A DNA stretch of 64,000 nt from an uncultured Candidatus Micrarchaeota archaeon (GCA_963741095.1 CAVUGN010000005.1:64001-128000), one strand, 5' to 3'. Counted from the first letter of the stretch, positions 47,663 through 58,038 are shown. Notes: generated by a model not told the origin, from the letters alone. Translations and numbers: made by a program.

Positions 47663-47675
47663 TCGAAAAGATTTG

Positions 47676-48149
47676 ATGTACATAATAGTGGGAGTTGATC
47701 CGGGCAAGACCTCCGCGATAGCAGCAATAGACCTCAACGGAAAGCTCATCCACAGCGCGCACAAGACCTTTGCGGGTGCAGACTGGCTGACCAAGGAGAT
47801 AAGGTCCGTTGGCATTCCCGTGATAATCGCCGGGGACAATCCCGAAGCCAGTCCTATGGTAAGGCGGATAAACGCTTCCTTCAGTGCAAGGCTGTTCACC
47901 CCGAATCGGGAGCTGCCGGTAGAAGAGAAGAGGTTGATAGCGAAGAATTCGGACATAAGGGATCCTCACGAAAGGGACGCCTATGCTGCGGCGGTGAAGG
48001 CCTATCGCAACTACACGAACAAGTTCAAGCAGGCGGAGCACATTGCCAGCGAGATCAGCTTCAAGGACGTGGACCTGATAAAGGCGAAGGTCGTCGGCAG
48101 GTACTCGATAAGCGAGGCCATCGAGAACAGGAAGGCCAACAGAAGGTAA
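47676..48149 (+). CDS. DUF460-like RNase H-fold protein
   Basis: IVGVDPGKTSAIAAIDLNG, HERDAYAAA. Confidence 0.8.
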   Translation: MYIIVGVDPGKTSAIAAIDLNGKLIHSAHKTFAGADWLTKEIRSVGIPVIIAGDNPEASPMVRRINASFSARLFTPNRELPVEEKRLIAKNSDIRDPHERDAYAAAVKAYRNYTNKFKQAEHIASEISFKDVDLIKAKVVGRYSISEAIENRKANRR

Positions 48150-48203
48150 CCCACGCAACAATGGCTATAAATCTTCCCAGCGAGTATTTTGTCAGGTGGA
48201 AGT

Positions 48204-48386
48204 ATGGCAAGAGGCAAAATGGATGTGGAGGATTGGAATAGACGCAGGGGCAAAGGAGCGATTTTTATTGGGCTTCTTATCATCATCATTGGAGTGATGG
48301 AGTATTACCAGTTCAGCTGGCCTTTGATGCTGATTATCATAGGTGTGCTGCTGGTTATCTTTGGAATTTCCAGGATGGCAAAGTAA
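48204..48386 (+). CDS. Small two-TM membrane protein
   Basis: GAIFIGLLIIIIG...WPLMLIIIG. Confidence 0.65.
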   Translation: MARGKMDVEDWNRRRGKGAIFIGLLIIIIGVMEYYQFSWPLMLIIIGVLLVIFGISRMAK

Positions 48387-48396
48387 TGGTGTCCGT

Positions 48397-48900
48397 ATGG
48401 GGTTGTTTGGAATCGGGGACGGGAAAATGGAGCTGCAGCTCAATAGCGAGGATGTCGCTTCCGGGGATTCGCTGGACGGAACTGCGACGCTGACGCTGAA
48501 CAAGGACGTGAAGGGAAAGGAGGTCGTCGCGATCCTGTACGCCGAGAGAACTGAAACGCACCTCAACGCAAAGGGAGGAGTGACGAAGAGCAACTTCAAG
48601 ATCTACGACAGGTCCATCACTCTTGACACCGAGAAGCTGTACACGAAGCAGGGCAGCCCTTACACGTACAAGGTACACTTTGTCATTCCGCAGACCGGCG
48701 CGTCGACCCCGAGTTCCGCAGGTTCCGGCATAGGAGCAGTTGAGAGGCTGGCCGCAGGAGCGATTGGAGTCGGCACGAACCTGGTGAGATGGTACATCAA
48801 GGTCGAACTGAAACACGAGGCGATGCTGACCTTCCCCATAGCCAAGACGCAGGAGATAAACATAATCTCGCGCGCGCCGCAGCCGGCAGCAGGGCTGTGA
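48397..48900 (+). CDS. Arrestin/SpoOM-like beta-sandwich protein
   Basis: GDSLDGTATLTL, YTYKVHFVIP, VRWYIKVEL. Confidence 0.6.
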   Translation: MGLFGIGDGKMELQLNSEDVASGDSLDGTATLTLNKDVKGKEVVAILYAERTETHLNAKGGVTKSNFKIYDRSITLDTEKLYTKQGSPYTYKVHFVIPQTGASTPSSAGSGIGAVERLAAGAIGVGTNLVRWYIKVELKHEAMLTFPIAKTQEINIISRAPQPAAGL

Positions 48901-48971
48901 CGCACATTCTGGCATCGAGCTCGCCGCTCAGAAAGTGATATATTCTTTTCTTTGGATACGAAATCGATAGA

Positions 48972-50156
48972 ATGAATACTGGGGATGGTGCGTGCAGCAG
49001 ATCAACTACACTTAGGTCTCAATCCGCAATGGAATACCTAATGACTTATGGTTGGGCTATTCTGATAATCTCGGTGGTCGTGGGCGCGCTGTTCTCTCTT
49101 GGCGTGTTTGCAGCAGGTCCAAAAGGCGGCAGCGGTTCATGCGGCAGTATGGTCGGCTTCTTCTGCAGCGGACCGCAGTTGGCGAGCAACGGCCTTCTGA
49201 CAGCCACGATAGGGCAAATAGGCAAGGGAAGCGTGACGGTCACCGGTTTGGGCTGCTCCAACAGCAGTGCGATGCCCTCCTCATTCACGCCTACGAGTTT
49301 ACCCCTTCAGCCTTCTCAGACGATGAGCGTCTCGTTCACCTGCAACCTTCCCGTAAAGACAATGGGTTCCACTTTCTCAGGCACGTTGTGGATGCAGTAC
49401 AGCCAGAACGGGCAGAGTGGCTTGACCTCGCAGATAGGCACGATAAACGCGCAGGTGACCCAGACGGCAGCTTCGGGCAGTCTAGTGGTTTATACCATAA
49501 CAGTCGACTACGCCACAAACGACAATGTTTGGATTAATGGAGTTGCGATAGTCCCTAGTGGAACCACTGAATTGTATCAATCGGGTAATGTGCTTACAAT
49601 CGATGGCGCCGATTGCAGTGGACCTGTCGGCGGCTGGACCGTGGACAATCCTGCAAATCTTATATTAGCAAGCAACACTGCCAATCCGACAACGCTGACG
49701 GTTGCCGGTTCTGGAACGCTGACTTTGATACCGCATTCTTGTTTTGCCTGGGGAACGCCAGTCATGACGCCGGCCGGCGATGAACAGATACAGAACATAA
49801 CGAACGGCACTATTGTTGATAGTTTCGATCCGACTTTGGGTACGATGGTTACATCGAATGTCGTACGCACGTTCGTGGAGCCGACTCTTTACACTTACAA
49901 CATCACCACGGCTTTCGGGAAGGTGACGACCACCGCGGACCACCCATTCTACGTGGGCAACAACACGTTTGTAGATGCAGGTTATCTTAGCGTGGGTAAC
50001 AGCATAGGCGTTTACCAGAATGGCACCATCACGCTCACCAGAATCCTTTCGGTTAATGTCTCTTATGCTCCGCAATTGATGTACAATCTTGAGGTGAACA
50101 ACACGCACACTTATTTTGCGGACGGCTTTGCAGTCCATAACAAGGTATGTCCCTGA
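48972..50156 (+). CDS. Type IV pilin-like protein with C-terminal Hint (intein-like) domain, copy 1
   Basis: RSQSAMEYLMTYGWAILI; CFAWGTPV, TTADHPF, YNLEV, HTYFADGFAVHN. Confidence 0.88.
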   Translation: MNTGDGACSRSTTLRSQSAMEYLMTYGWAILIISVVVGALFSLGVFAAGPKGGSGSCGSMVGFFCSGPQLASNGLLTATIGQIGKGSVTVTGLGCSNSSAMPSSFTPTSLPLQPSQTMSVSFTCNLPVKTMGSTFSGTLWMQYSQNGQSGLTSQIGTINAQVTQTAASGSLVVYTITVDYATNDNVWINGVAIVPSGTTELYQSGNVLTIDGADCSGPVGGWTVDNPANLILASNTANPTTLTVAGSGTLTLIPHSCFAWGTPVMTPAGDEQIQNITNGTIVDSFDPTLGTMVTSNVVRTFVEPTLYTYNITTAFGKVTTTADHPFYVGNNTFVDAGYLSVGNSIGVYQNGTITLTRILSVNVSYAPQLMYNLEVNNTHTYFADGFAVHNKVCP

Positions 50157-50323
50157 AGAGATGGAAAGCATGAGGCGATGCTCTCTTTCCCCATAGCCAA
50201 GACGCAGGAGATAAACATAATCTCGCGAGCGCCGCAGCCAGCAGCAGGGTTATGAGACGCACTCCGCATCGAACCGTCTTCAGGAAGTGATATATTCTTT
50301 TCTTTGGATACGAAATCGATAGA

Positions 50324-51508
50324 ATGAATACTGGGGATGGTGCGTGCAGCAGATCAACTACATTTAGGTCTCAATCCGCGATGGAATATTTGATGACCTA
50401 TGGGTGGGCCATTCTTATCATCTCGGTGGTCGTGGGCGCGCTGTTCTCTCTTGGTGTGTTCACAAGTCCCAGAGGCGGCAGCAGTTCATGCGGCAGCATG
50501 GTCGGCTTCTTCTGTAGCGGACCGCAACTGGCGAGCAACGGCCTTCTGATCGCCACGATAGGACAGATAGGCAAGGGAAGTGTGACCGTCACCGGTTTGG
50601 GCTGCTCCAACAGCAGTGCGATGCCCTCTTCGTTCACGCCGGCGAGTCTGTCCCCCCAGTCTTCCCAGGCGATGAGCGTCTCGTTCACCTGCAACCTTCC
50701 GGTGAAGACCATGGGCTCCGCCTTCTCTGGTACGCTGTGGATGCAGTACAGCCAGAACGGACAAAGTGGTTTGACTTCGCAGATAGGCACGATAAATGCA
50801 CAGATAACTCAGATGAGTGGGGCTTCTGGTGGTCCAGTAGTTTATACTGTAACGTTCAATGACGGTTCGTTCGTGACAAGCATCGTTGCCAATGGGGTAA
50901 CCATGAACAATGGCGCTACGGGCTCTTACCAGTCGGGGAACACGATATCGATTGATGCCATCGTAAGCGGAGGCACATTTTCCACCTGGCTGGTGAGCAG
51001 TAGCGCTAATCTTATAGTGACTAGCAACACCGCTAACCCCACCACACTCACGGTCAATGGCTTAGGAACTTTGACTGCAACAGCAACTATTTCCTGTTTT
51101 GCCTGGGGGACCCCAGTTATGACGCTGACTGGGAACGAGCCAATACAGGATGTGACGAACGGCACCATCGTATACAGCTTTGATCCCGTCTCGGATGCGG
51201 TAGTGCCATCGAAGGTTACAAATACTTTTATTGAATTCGATAATTACATCTATAATATCACCACGGCTTTCGGGGAGGTGAGAACACCTGCAGATCAAAC
51301 TCTCTATGTTGGAAACGACACTTTCGTCAGAGCCGGAAACCTCAGCGTGGGTGATGAGGTAGGCGTTTACCAGAATGGCACCATCGCGTACACCAAAATA
51401 CTTTCGATCGTTGTTCCTTACGACCCACAATTAACGTACAATCTAGAGGTGGAGAACACGCATACGTTCTTCGCCAATGGCTTTGCAGTGCACAATGTAT
51501 GCCCCTGA
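50324..51508 (+). CDS. Type IV pilin-like protein with C-terminal Hint domain, copy 2
   Basis: Same architecture; block B reads TPADQTL; ends VHNVCP. Confidence 0.88.
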   Translation: MNTGDGACSRSTTFRSQSAMEYLMTYGWAILIISVVVGALFSLGVFTSPRGGSSSCGSMVGFFCSGPQLASNGLLIATIGQIGKGSVTVTGLGCSNSSAMPSSFTPASLSPQSSQAMSVSFTCNLPVKTMGSAFSGTLWMQYSQNGQSGLTSQIGTINAQITQMSGASGGPVVYTVTFNDGSFVTSIVANGVTMNNGATGSYQSGNTISIDAIVSGGTFSTWLVSSSANLIVTSNTANPTTLTVNGLGTLTATATISCFAWGTPVMTLTGNEPIQDVTNGTIVYSFDPVSDAVVPSKVTNTFIEFDNYIYNITTAFGEVRTPADQTLYVGNDTFVRAGNLSVGDEVGVYQNGTIAYTKILSIVVPYDPQLTYNLEVENTHTFFANGFAVHNVCP

Positions 51509-51581
51509 GTGATGATAAAAAGTACGGGCCCGGGGGCTAATCCTCAGTTATATAAACATTTACGGGATATACTTATCCGTG

Positions 51582-51656
51582 GCTCCTACCGTCTAGCCTG
51601 GTCAAGGACACGGCCCTCTCAAGGCCGAAACTCGGGTTCAAATCCCGATGGGAGCA
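51582..51656 (+). tRNA. tRNA-Glu(CTC)
   Basis: GCTCCTA/TGGGAGC-A; CGGCC-CTCTCAA-GGCCG; TTCAAAT loop; C at position 8. Confidence 0.92.
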
Positions 51657-51675
51657 AAAATTAGATGATAACGGA

Positions 51676-52443
51676 ATGGACAAAAAGAGATCCAAAAGCG
51701 TGAGATACGGCGACATAAGCGTCTACTACGTGCCGCACCTTGACGGCGGCGGCACAAGCTACGGGCAGGATTTCGTGCCCATAGTCAAGAAGAACTTCAA
51801 GAAGCTCGATAGGGTGTGCGAGTTCGGCTCCGGCCCCGGCTTCATAGGCTTCTCGCTTTTGGGCAACGGTCTCTGCAAGTCACTATGCCTGATAGACATA
51901 AATCCCGAAGCGGTCGAGGCGTGCAAGTACACGATAAGGGCGAACGGCCTCCAGGACAAGGTGAAGGTGTACCTTTCCGACGGGCTGAGCAAGGTTCCGG
52001 GATCCGAGAGGTGGGACCTCGTGGTGAGCAATCCCCCGCACCTTGACGGCACCAACAACGAATACGGGATGGACCTGATTGCCATAGACCCGAAATGGCA
52101 GATACATAAAGCGTTCTACAGGAACGTCTCAAAATTCCTCAAGCCCGGCGGCTCGATAATATTCGTTGAGAACAGCGCGGGAAGCAATCCTGAGCAATGG
52201 TTCAAGTTGATAAGGGAGAACGGCCTGAAGCCGGTCAAGAGCTTCACCCACGAAGGGGTTAAAAGAAGCGACAACCAGATATTGGTGCTGTTCATGGAAA
52301 GGTTCGTGGAGAGCATAAGGGACGGGACCGCACTTTCAAAGGGCTTCCGGTTCTACACCCACAACCTCAAGAAGTTCGTGAGCGGCGCGTACAAGCAGAA
52401 CAAGTTTTATTTCGTTTGGAGCAAAAAGAGCAAAAGGTCCTGA
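51676..52443 (+). CDS. Class I SAM methyltransferase (NPP motif, PrmC/MTS-like)
   Basis: EFGSGPGFIG, DINP, VVSNPPH. Confidence 0.85.
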   Translation: MDKKRSKSVRYGDISVYYVPHLDGGGTSYGQDFVPIVKKNFKKLDRVCEFGSGPGFIGFSLLGNGLCKSLCLIDINPEAVEACKYTIRANGLQDKVKVYLSDGLSKVPGSERWDLVVSNPPHLDGTNNEYGMDLIAIDPKWQIHKAFYRNVSKFLKPGGSIIFVENSAGSNPEQWFKLIRENGLKPVKSFTHEGVKRSDNQILVLFMERFVESIRDGTALSKGFRFYTHNLKKFVSGAYKQNKFYFVWSKKSKRS

Positions 52444-52444
52444 C

Positions 52445-54196
52445 ATGATTAGCGACGGAGTGATGGAGTACGCCTTTACACTAGGCGTTCTCATATCCTT
52501 TTTCGGCCTGATAGCCGGCATGGTGCTGAACAGGAAGGCAATAGCCGAGACCCTCAGGGCGTCTGGCTTCGGAAGGAAGGAGCTCCTGCTCGCGATCGTG
52601 GTCGTCATCGTCTTCATCGCCGTCGATGTCTATCTCGTGAAACCGACGCAGCTGCTCTTCTTCGACGATGCCATATACCAGGGAATGGCGCAGGATCTGC
52701 TGCACACCGGACAGGCATGGATGTGCAACTACGGAACAACGGCGCAATGCTTCTCCGGGCAGATCTTCCATGAACCCATAGGGCTTTCCTTCAACTTTGC
52801 AATCGCTTTCATGATACTCGGAATCACACGCAGCGCCGCTTACGCCGCGGAGCTCGCGCTTGCCGCAATGGCCGTGTTCATGACCTTCCTGGTGTCGATG
52901 ATTTTGCTGAAAGACGGCAAATCCGCATTCTTCTCAGCGCTCATACTGGGATTGACCCCGCTGATAATGGCCTGGGCCATGCCCACCAACTCGGACATAG
53001 CGACCCTCGCGTATTCGCTGCTCTCCATCTTTCTGCTGTTCGTGTTCATCAAGGAAAGGAGCAAGCTCGGGCTTCTGAACCTGCTGCTGTCCATCAGCCT
53101 GCTGATGTACATGAAGGTTGACGCGGTCATATACCTGCCCATACTGGCGTTCATGTTCCTCATGTTTGCGGAAAGCAGCGTGAGGAAGTCCTTGAACAGC
53201 GCGTACGCGCTCATCATGAAAAACGTTTTCGAAACAAAGTTTCTCCTCATCCTGCTGGTCTTTGTCATTCTACTCTACCCTTCGATAAACTTCGCGCTGA
53301 GCAACTATTCGAGCGACGGCTACGGCTATCAGGGGACGAACGTGCCGCTGACCTGCGCCTCTCAGGGCAAATTCATAGTTGCCACCGGGGCGATCGACCT
53401 CGCCAATTTCAAAGCGAACATCTGCGCCAACCTCAATTTCTGGTTCGATGCTTTCAAGGGCCAGGATGTGATCCAGCCCGTCTATCTTACCGCGCTTGCG
53501 CTTCTGGGGGTGCTGGCGATGGTTGCGGCAAACAAGGAGAAAGTGCTTGCCTCGGTGCTGGTGTGGTTCGCGCTCATCTTCCTGCTCTACACCTCTTTCT
53601 ATGCCGGTGCGGTGACTTTCGGCGTGGATTGGCGGTTCTTCATCGGGCTCATGGCCGAGACCGCCATACTCGGCGGTTTTGCATTGGGCTTCCTGACCGA
53701 CACCATCAGCAGACTGGCATCGAAGCTCGGGAAAAAGAGGTCGTCTACATTGAGGATACGCTCCCTGGCAACCTACGCGCTGATTCTCGTCTTCATCGCA
53801 TCGCTGTTCTACACCGTGTACGCAGAGGCGCCCACGCTTTCCATAAACCCCTCGCAGATAATGCAGGCGTCGCAGGCGAGGTTCTACGAGAACTTCGTCT
53901 ACAACCAGAGCTACAAGATACCCGTGAATTGCCTGGTCTACACCTATGATCCGGGCCTGTTCAACATAAACAACCGGTCAGCGGCGCAACTCTCCAACAT
54001 CTACGACACCAGCTTCTACAGCAACGCAAGCTCCAAGTACTCCTGCGCCGTTGTCGATTACGGGTTCTGGTGCTACACCCCCAACAATCTGTGCGCAAAC
54101 CTGAACAACACCTTCGTGCTGAAGCCCATAGCCAATAACACCTACTCCGAATTCCACCTAAAGTATTCGTTCTATCTTGTGGAAGGCAAGAAGTAG
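52445..54196 (+). CDS. GT-C (ArnT/PMT-like) membrane glycosyltransferase
   Basis: FFDDAIY loop after TM, many TMs, DWRFF. Confidence 0.75.
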   Translation: MISDGVMEYAFTLGVLISFFGLIAGMVLNRKAIAETLRASGFGRKELLLAIVVVIVFIAVDVYLVKPTQLLFFDDAIYQGMAQDLLHTGQAWMCNYGTTAQCFSGQIFHEPIGLSFNFAIAFMILGITRSAAYAAELALAAMAVFMTFLVSMILLKDGKSAFFSALILGLTPLIMAWAMPTNSDIATLAYSLLSIFLLFVFIKERSKLGLLNLLLSISLLMYMKVDAVIYLPILAFMFLMFAESSVRKSLNSAYALIMKNVFETKFLLILLVFVILLYPSINFALSNYSSDGYGYQGTNVPLTCASQGKFIVATGAIDLANFKANICANLNFWFDAFKGQDVIQPVYLTALALLGVLAMVAANKEKVLASVLVWFALIFLLYTSFYAGAVTFGVDWRFFIGLMAETAILGGFALGFLTDTISRLASKLGKKRSSTLRIRSLATYALILVFIASLFYTVYAEAPTLSINPSQIMQASQARFYENFVYNQSYKIPVNCLVYTYDPGLFNINNRSAAQLSNIYDTSFYSNASSKYSCAVVDYGFWCYTPNNLCANLNNTFVLKPIANNTYSEFHLKYSFYLVEGKK

Positions 54197-54389
54197 CCGC
54201 AAAGCACGGCGTGCTGCTGTTCCTTGCCATACCCGTTACCTAACCCAAGCCTTAAAGCTTTTATCGAAGTTAATATTCTCTGCATTTAACAATACGTTCG
54301 AGCATTCGTAAATTTTCCTGCATGGACAACTAAGGCAACTTCTGAAAACAAACCCACGACAATAGAGCATCGCCAAACCTTCTACAGGG

Positions 54390-55706
54390 ATGTACATCGC
54401 GACCAAAAACCTACAAAAAGGCACGACGGCCAAAACCAGCGCGCACAGGCATTCGATAGTAAGGAAAAAAATAATCAAATTCATAAAGAACTTGGGCCCG
54501 GGACTCATAACCGGCGCAAGCGATGACGATCCATCAGGAATCGCAACCTACTCCCAGGCGGGCGCCCAATTCGGGCTTGCCACGCTCTGGACTGCGCTCA
54601 TATCCACCCCGTTGATGATAGCCATCCAGGAGATGTGCGCAAGGATAGGCCTGGTGACAAATCAGGGGCTCGCGGGAGTCATAAAGAGGGACTACCCGAA
54701 GCCGGTCCTGTACCTCATAATTCTTGTGACCTTCCCGGCAGTGATACTCAACATAGGGGCGGACATCTCCGCGATCGGTGCGGTGTCCAACCTGCTGCTG
54801 CCACAGATACCAACCACATTGTTCAGCGTGATCTTCACAGTTCTGCTAACGGTCGCCCTGATAAAATTTCCGTACAAGAGAATAGCAAAAATCCTCAAAT
54901 GGCTGTGCATTTTCATGCTTTCCTATTTCATTGTGCCTTTCCTTGTGAACCCAAACTGGCAAAAAATCATCATCAATACCCTGATACCCTCAATACATCT
55001 CAATACAAATTTCATACTCATCATTGTCGCGCTCTTCGGAACGACGATATCGCCGTACCTGTTCTTCTGGCAGGCATCAACGGAAGCCGAGGAAAGGCGC
55101 CATAGCAGCAAACAATTGATTGTCAACAAGAAGGTTATTCGGAATATGGGTATCGACACTGATGTGGGCATGATATTCTCAAACCTGATAATGTTTTTCA
55201 TCATCCTGACCGCGGGGACGGTCCTATTCACGGCCAACATAACGCAGATCGATACTGTCCAGCAAGCGGCGAGCGCGCTGGAGCCGCTAGCCGGGAACGC
55301 ATCCTACCTGCTGTTCGCTCTGGGCATAATCGGTTCAGGACTGATCGCGATTCCGGTGCTGGCAGGTTCCCTCTCATACATCTATGCGGAAATCAGGGAA
55401 TCTGATGATGGCCTGGATAAAAAGTTCCACGAAGCGAAGGGTTTCTACATGGTCCTCATCATAGCGCTGTTTGTGGGACTGGTCATCAATTTTGTGGGGA
55501 TAAGCCCCATCAAGATGCTGATCTATTCCGCAGTCCTGTACGGCCTTACGGCCCCGGTGCTGATACTGCTGATCCTGCACATATCCAACAACAAGTCCAT
55601 TCTGGGAAAGTACGTGAACGGAAAACTGTCCAACATCTTAGGGATCCTGGTCTTCATAATCATGGCGGCCGTGGCGATAGCGTACCTGTACCTGCAATTC
55701 CTCTAA
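54390..55706 (+). CDS. NRAMP-family divalent metal transporter
   Basis: GPGLITGASDDDPSGIATYSQAGA, GTTISPYLFFWQ. Confidence 0.92.
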   Translation: MYIATKNLQKGTTAKTSAHRHSIVRKKIIKFIKNLGPGLITGASDDDPSGIATYSQAGAQFGLATLWTALISTPLMIAIQEMCARIGLVTNQGLAGVIKRDYPKPVLYLIILVTFPAVILNIGADISAIGAVSNLLLPQIPTTLFSVIFTVLLTVALIKFPYKRIAKILKWLCIFMLSYFIVPFLVNPNWQKIIINTLIPSIHLNTNFILIIVALFGTTISPYLFFWQASTEAEERRHSSKQLIVNKKVIRNMGIDTDVGMIFSNLIMFFIILTAGTVLFTANITQIDTVQQAASALEPLAGNASYLLFALGIIGSGLIAIPVLAGSLSYIYAEIRESDDGLDKKFHEAKGFYMVLIIALFVGLVINFVGISPIKMLIYSAVLYGLTAPVLILLILHISNNKSILGKYVNGKLSNILGILVFIIMAAVAIAYLYLQFL

Positions 55707-55787
55707 ACGATCCTTGGCTTATTTTCGGAAGAATTACCAAAGAAACTTTAAACCTGACTCTCATAAGATAGAACAGCCTGCGATTGA

Positions 55788-57083
55788 ATGAGAAGAGTCC
55801 GAGTGGTCAGCAGCCTGAGCTTCTTCGATTCCGTAATGCTGGGCATAGGCTTCATAGTCGGCTCCGGAATCTTCATAATGCCCCTGATCGCTGCAGAGAC
55901 GTCTGGAACATATTCCATAGTCGCATGGGTCGTCGGCGGAATCTATCAGATCCTCACGGGGCTCTGTTTTGCGGAATGCGCGATGAAGATTCCGAAGGTC
56001 GGAGGGCTCTACAGCTATGCGCACAAGGCTTACGGCGACTTCACCGGGTTTTTCGCCGGCTGGACCTTCTGGATCGGATACCTGGTGACGATCGCAGCGG
56101 AGCAATGGGCATTGGGGTGGTACCTGCAATTTTTCCTGCCGCAATACTCCCTTCTGATAAGGGTCACGATCGGCGTGCTGACCGGCCTTGTCCTCACATA
56201 CCTGAATTTCAGGGGCGTCAAGCTCGGCGGAAGGATAGAGGATTACTTCACGGTCGGAAAGCTGTTAATAATCGCCCTTTTCATCATAGGCGCGCTCATC
56301 TTCTTCAAGCTGGCGAATTTCTATCCGTTGATACCTCCGGGCACCAACCTGTTTCCTGCGATCGGCTCGACTTCCATCATAGTTCTGTACGCCTATCTGG
56401 GCGAGGAGATCATAACCGTGCCCGAAGGCGAAAGCGAAAAAGCCAAGAAACTGATCCCGAAGGCGATAATGATCGCTTCGGTATCCACCATGATCATCTA
56501 CCTCCTCGTCGTTGTAGCTTTTCTCGGAGCTGCAAGATGGACCAGCTTCACGGCCTCACAGTCTCCGTTGGCTGCGGTTTTCAGCAGCATAACCCACTCG
56601 GAGATAGGTGGGATAATAATCACGGTCGGGGGCGTTCTCGCCATAATAGGCTCACTGAACGCAGTGATCCTCGGAACTGCAAGAATAGCGACCGCCATGT
56701 CAAACGATGGATTGTTCCCAAAAATATTCGGAAGGATAAGCGTGAAACGCCAGACACCTTACATGTCCTTGCTGATCCAAACGGTCATTGCGGTGATCCT
56801 GACCTACACGGTCAAGGATTTTGTCACGCTGGCTTCGATCGCGGTCTTCTTCACGATATTCCCATACGCGATCACCGCTTTTGCGACCCTGGGGCTAATC
56901 AAGAAGGCGGGAGGAAGACTGGACATCCTGCATTCGAAGGCGATTCCGTTGATAACGGGACTGGTCTCGATAATACTGCTTGGCACCTATCTGGCCCAGC
57001 CGTTAGTCCTAGAAGTGATAGTGGTCCTGTTCTTTGTCGGGCTGCTGATCTTCATAGAGCGAAAGAAGATCCACAAGCTGTAA
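55788..57083 (+). CDS. APC-family amino acid permease
   Basis: GFIVGSGIF, GGLYSY, YAYLGEE. Confidence 0.9.
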   Translation: MRRVRVVSSLSFFDSVMLGIGFIVGSGIFIMPLIAAETSGTYSIVAWVVGGIYQILTGLCFAECAMKIPKVGGLYSYAHKAYGDFTGFFAGWTFWIGYLVTIAAEQWALGWYLQFFLPQYSLLIRVTIGVLTGLVLTYLNFRGVKLGGRIEDYFTVGKLLIIALFIIGALIFFKLANFYPLIPPGTNLFPAIGSTSIIVLYAYLGEEIITVPEGESEKAKKLIPKAIMIASVSTMIIYLLVVVAFLGAARWTSFTASQSPLAAVFSSITHSEIGGIIITVGGVLAIIGSLNAVILGTARIATAMSNDGLFPKIFGRISVKRQTPYMSLLIQTVIAVILTYTVKDFVTLASIAVFFTIFPYAITAFATLGLIKKAGGRLDILHSKAIPLITGLVSIILLGTYLAQPLVLEVIVVLFFVGLLIFIERKKIHKL

Positions 57084-57113
57084 AGACGTGGGAAATGCAA
57101 CCATGCGGGCAAG

Positions 57114-57689
57114 TCAGTTTACCCGCGTGTAGTTCAGTTTTCCCGTGAGGTAGTACTCCGAATAATAAGCAAGTGCGGCCGCAATGTTCTTGTTGATGGC
57201 TGCCTGCGAGAATTTAAAGAACTCTGAAGGCGTCAGCGTCACCGCGTAGGTCGGGGATATCCCGGTGTTCACTATGCCCTGCTGCACTGAGAGGCTCTTG
57301 CTCTGCCCGTTCCAGCTCACGGTCAGTTGCCCTATCGGGGTGCTGTTGCCGGGGATCTCGTCCGTGACCTGCACCGACCAGCTCTGGTTCACCGGAAAGT
57401 GGTAGTTCGGGGCGTTATCCAGGTAGAAAAGCCCGAGGTTCTGGTTGCTGTTCTGCATCGTTGCAAGCTGGTTAGTGAACTGGCTGTGCTCCTGTGCCGG
57501 AGTTGCCGAATAGTACATCGAAAAGAAGAACACCGCGACAAGCAGCAACAGGATGATGATTATCCCGGCAATTAGCGCCCCATGGCCCTTCTTCTTGGCT
57601 GCAGGCGCCTTCGCGTTGTTTGTGGTTTTTGTGCGGGTCGTGTATGTCGTAGTCTTGGTAGTTCCATCCGTGTCCGTCTGCTTTGCCAT
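57114..57689 (-). CDS. Membrane-anchored hypothetical protein
   Basis: Basic N-terminus, one TM, exported domain. Confidence 0.7.
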   Translation of the reverse strand: MAKQTDTDGTTKTTTYTTRTKTTNNAKAPAAKKKGHGALIAGIIIILLLLVAVFFFSMYYSATPAQEHSQFTNQLATMQNSNQNLGLFYLDNAPNYHFPVNQSWSVQVTDEIPGNSTPIGQLTVSWNGQSKSLSVQQGIVNTGISPTYAVTLTPSEFFKFSQAAINKNIAAALAYYSEYYLTGKLNYTRVN

Positions 57690-57755
57690 GTTAATCCCAT
57701 CAAAAGTAAAATATTTAAGCGTTCTGGGCGATCAAACCGTAAAGCCGGCCGGTCC

Positions 57756-58028
57756 TCACTTAGCCACCCCGTCCTTAACCTCAAGCCTCGAGATGTAAGT
57801 GATGGCTACCACGGCTATAACCGTTATTATGATCGCATAGCCGAGCAGGGCCAGCAGTGTCGATTGCGGGCCCAGAAACTTCGTGAACGCGGCCTGTATC
57901 AGTGTGTTCCACGCAAGGGCCGCAACGAAACCGAAGGCCGCGGTCATCAAGGTAACTACATTATGTATCGTCTCCTTCTTCAGCCTCGCTCCTCTCGAAA
58001 GGGGTGTCTTTATCGTTTTTTTCGGCAT
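57756..58028 (-). CDS. DUF5654-like small membrane protein
   Basis: LMTAAFGFVAALAWN...YAIIITVIAV. Confidence 0.8.
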   Translation of the reverse strand: MPKKTIKTPLSRGARLKKETIHNVVTLMTAAFGFVAALAWNTLIQAAFTKFLGPQSTLLALLGYAIIITVIAVVAITYISRLEVKDGVAK

Positions 58029-58038
58029 GCTATCCCAG

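Noticed and set aside
49738-50156. Hint domains as true inteins or polymorphic toxins
   Set aside because: No homing endonuclease, no nucleophilic +1 residue, and no toxin or immunity gene downstream
51526-51540. gggcccgggggcta as an att duplication of tRNA-Arg
   Set aside because: Only a short palindromic GC match, too weak to support an island boundary
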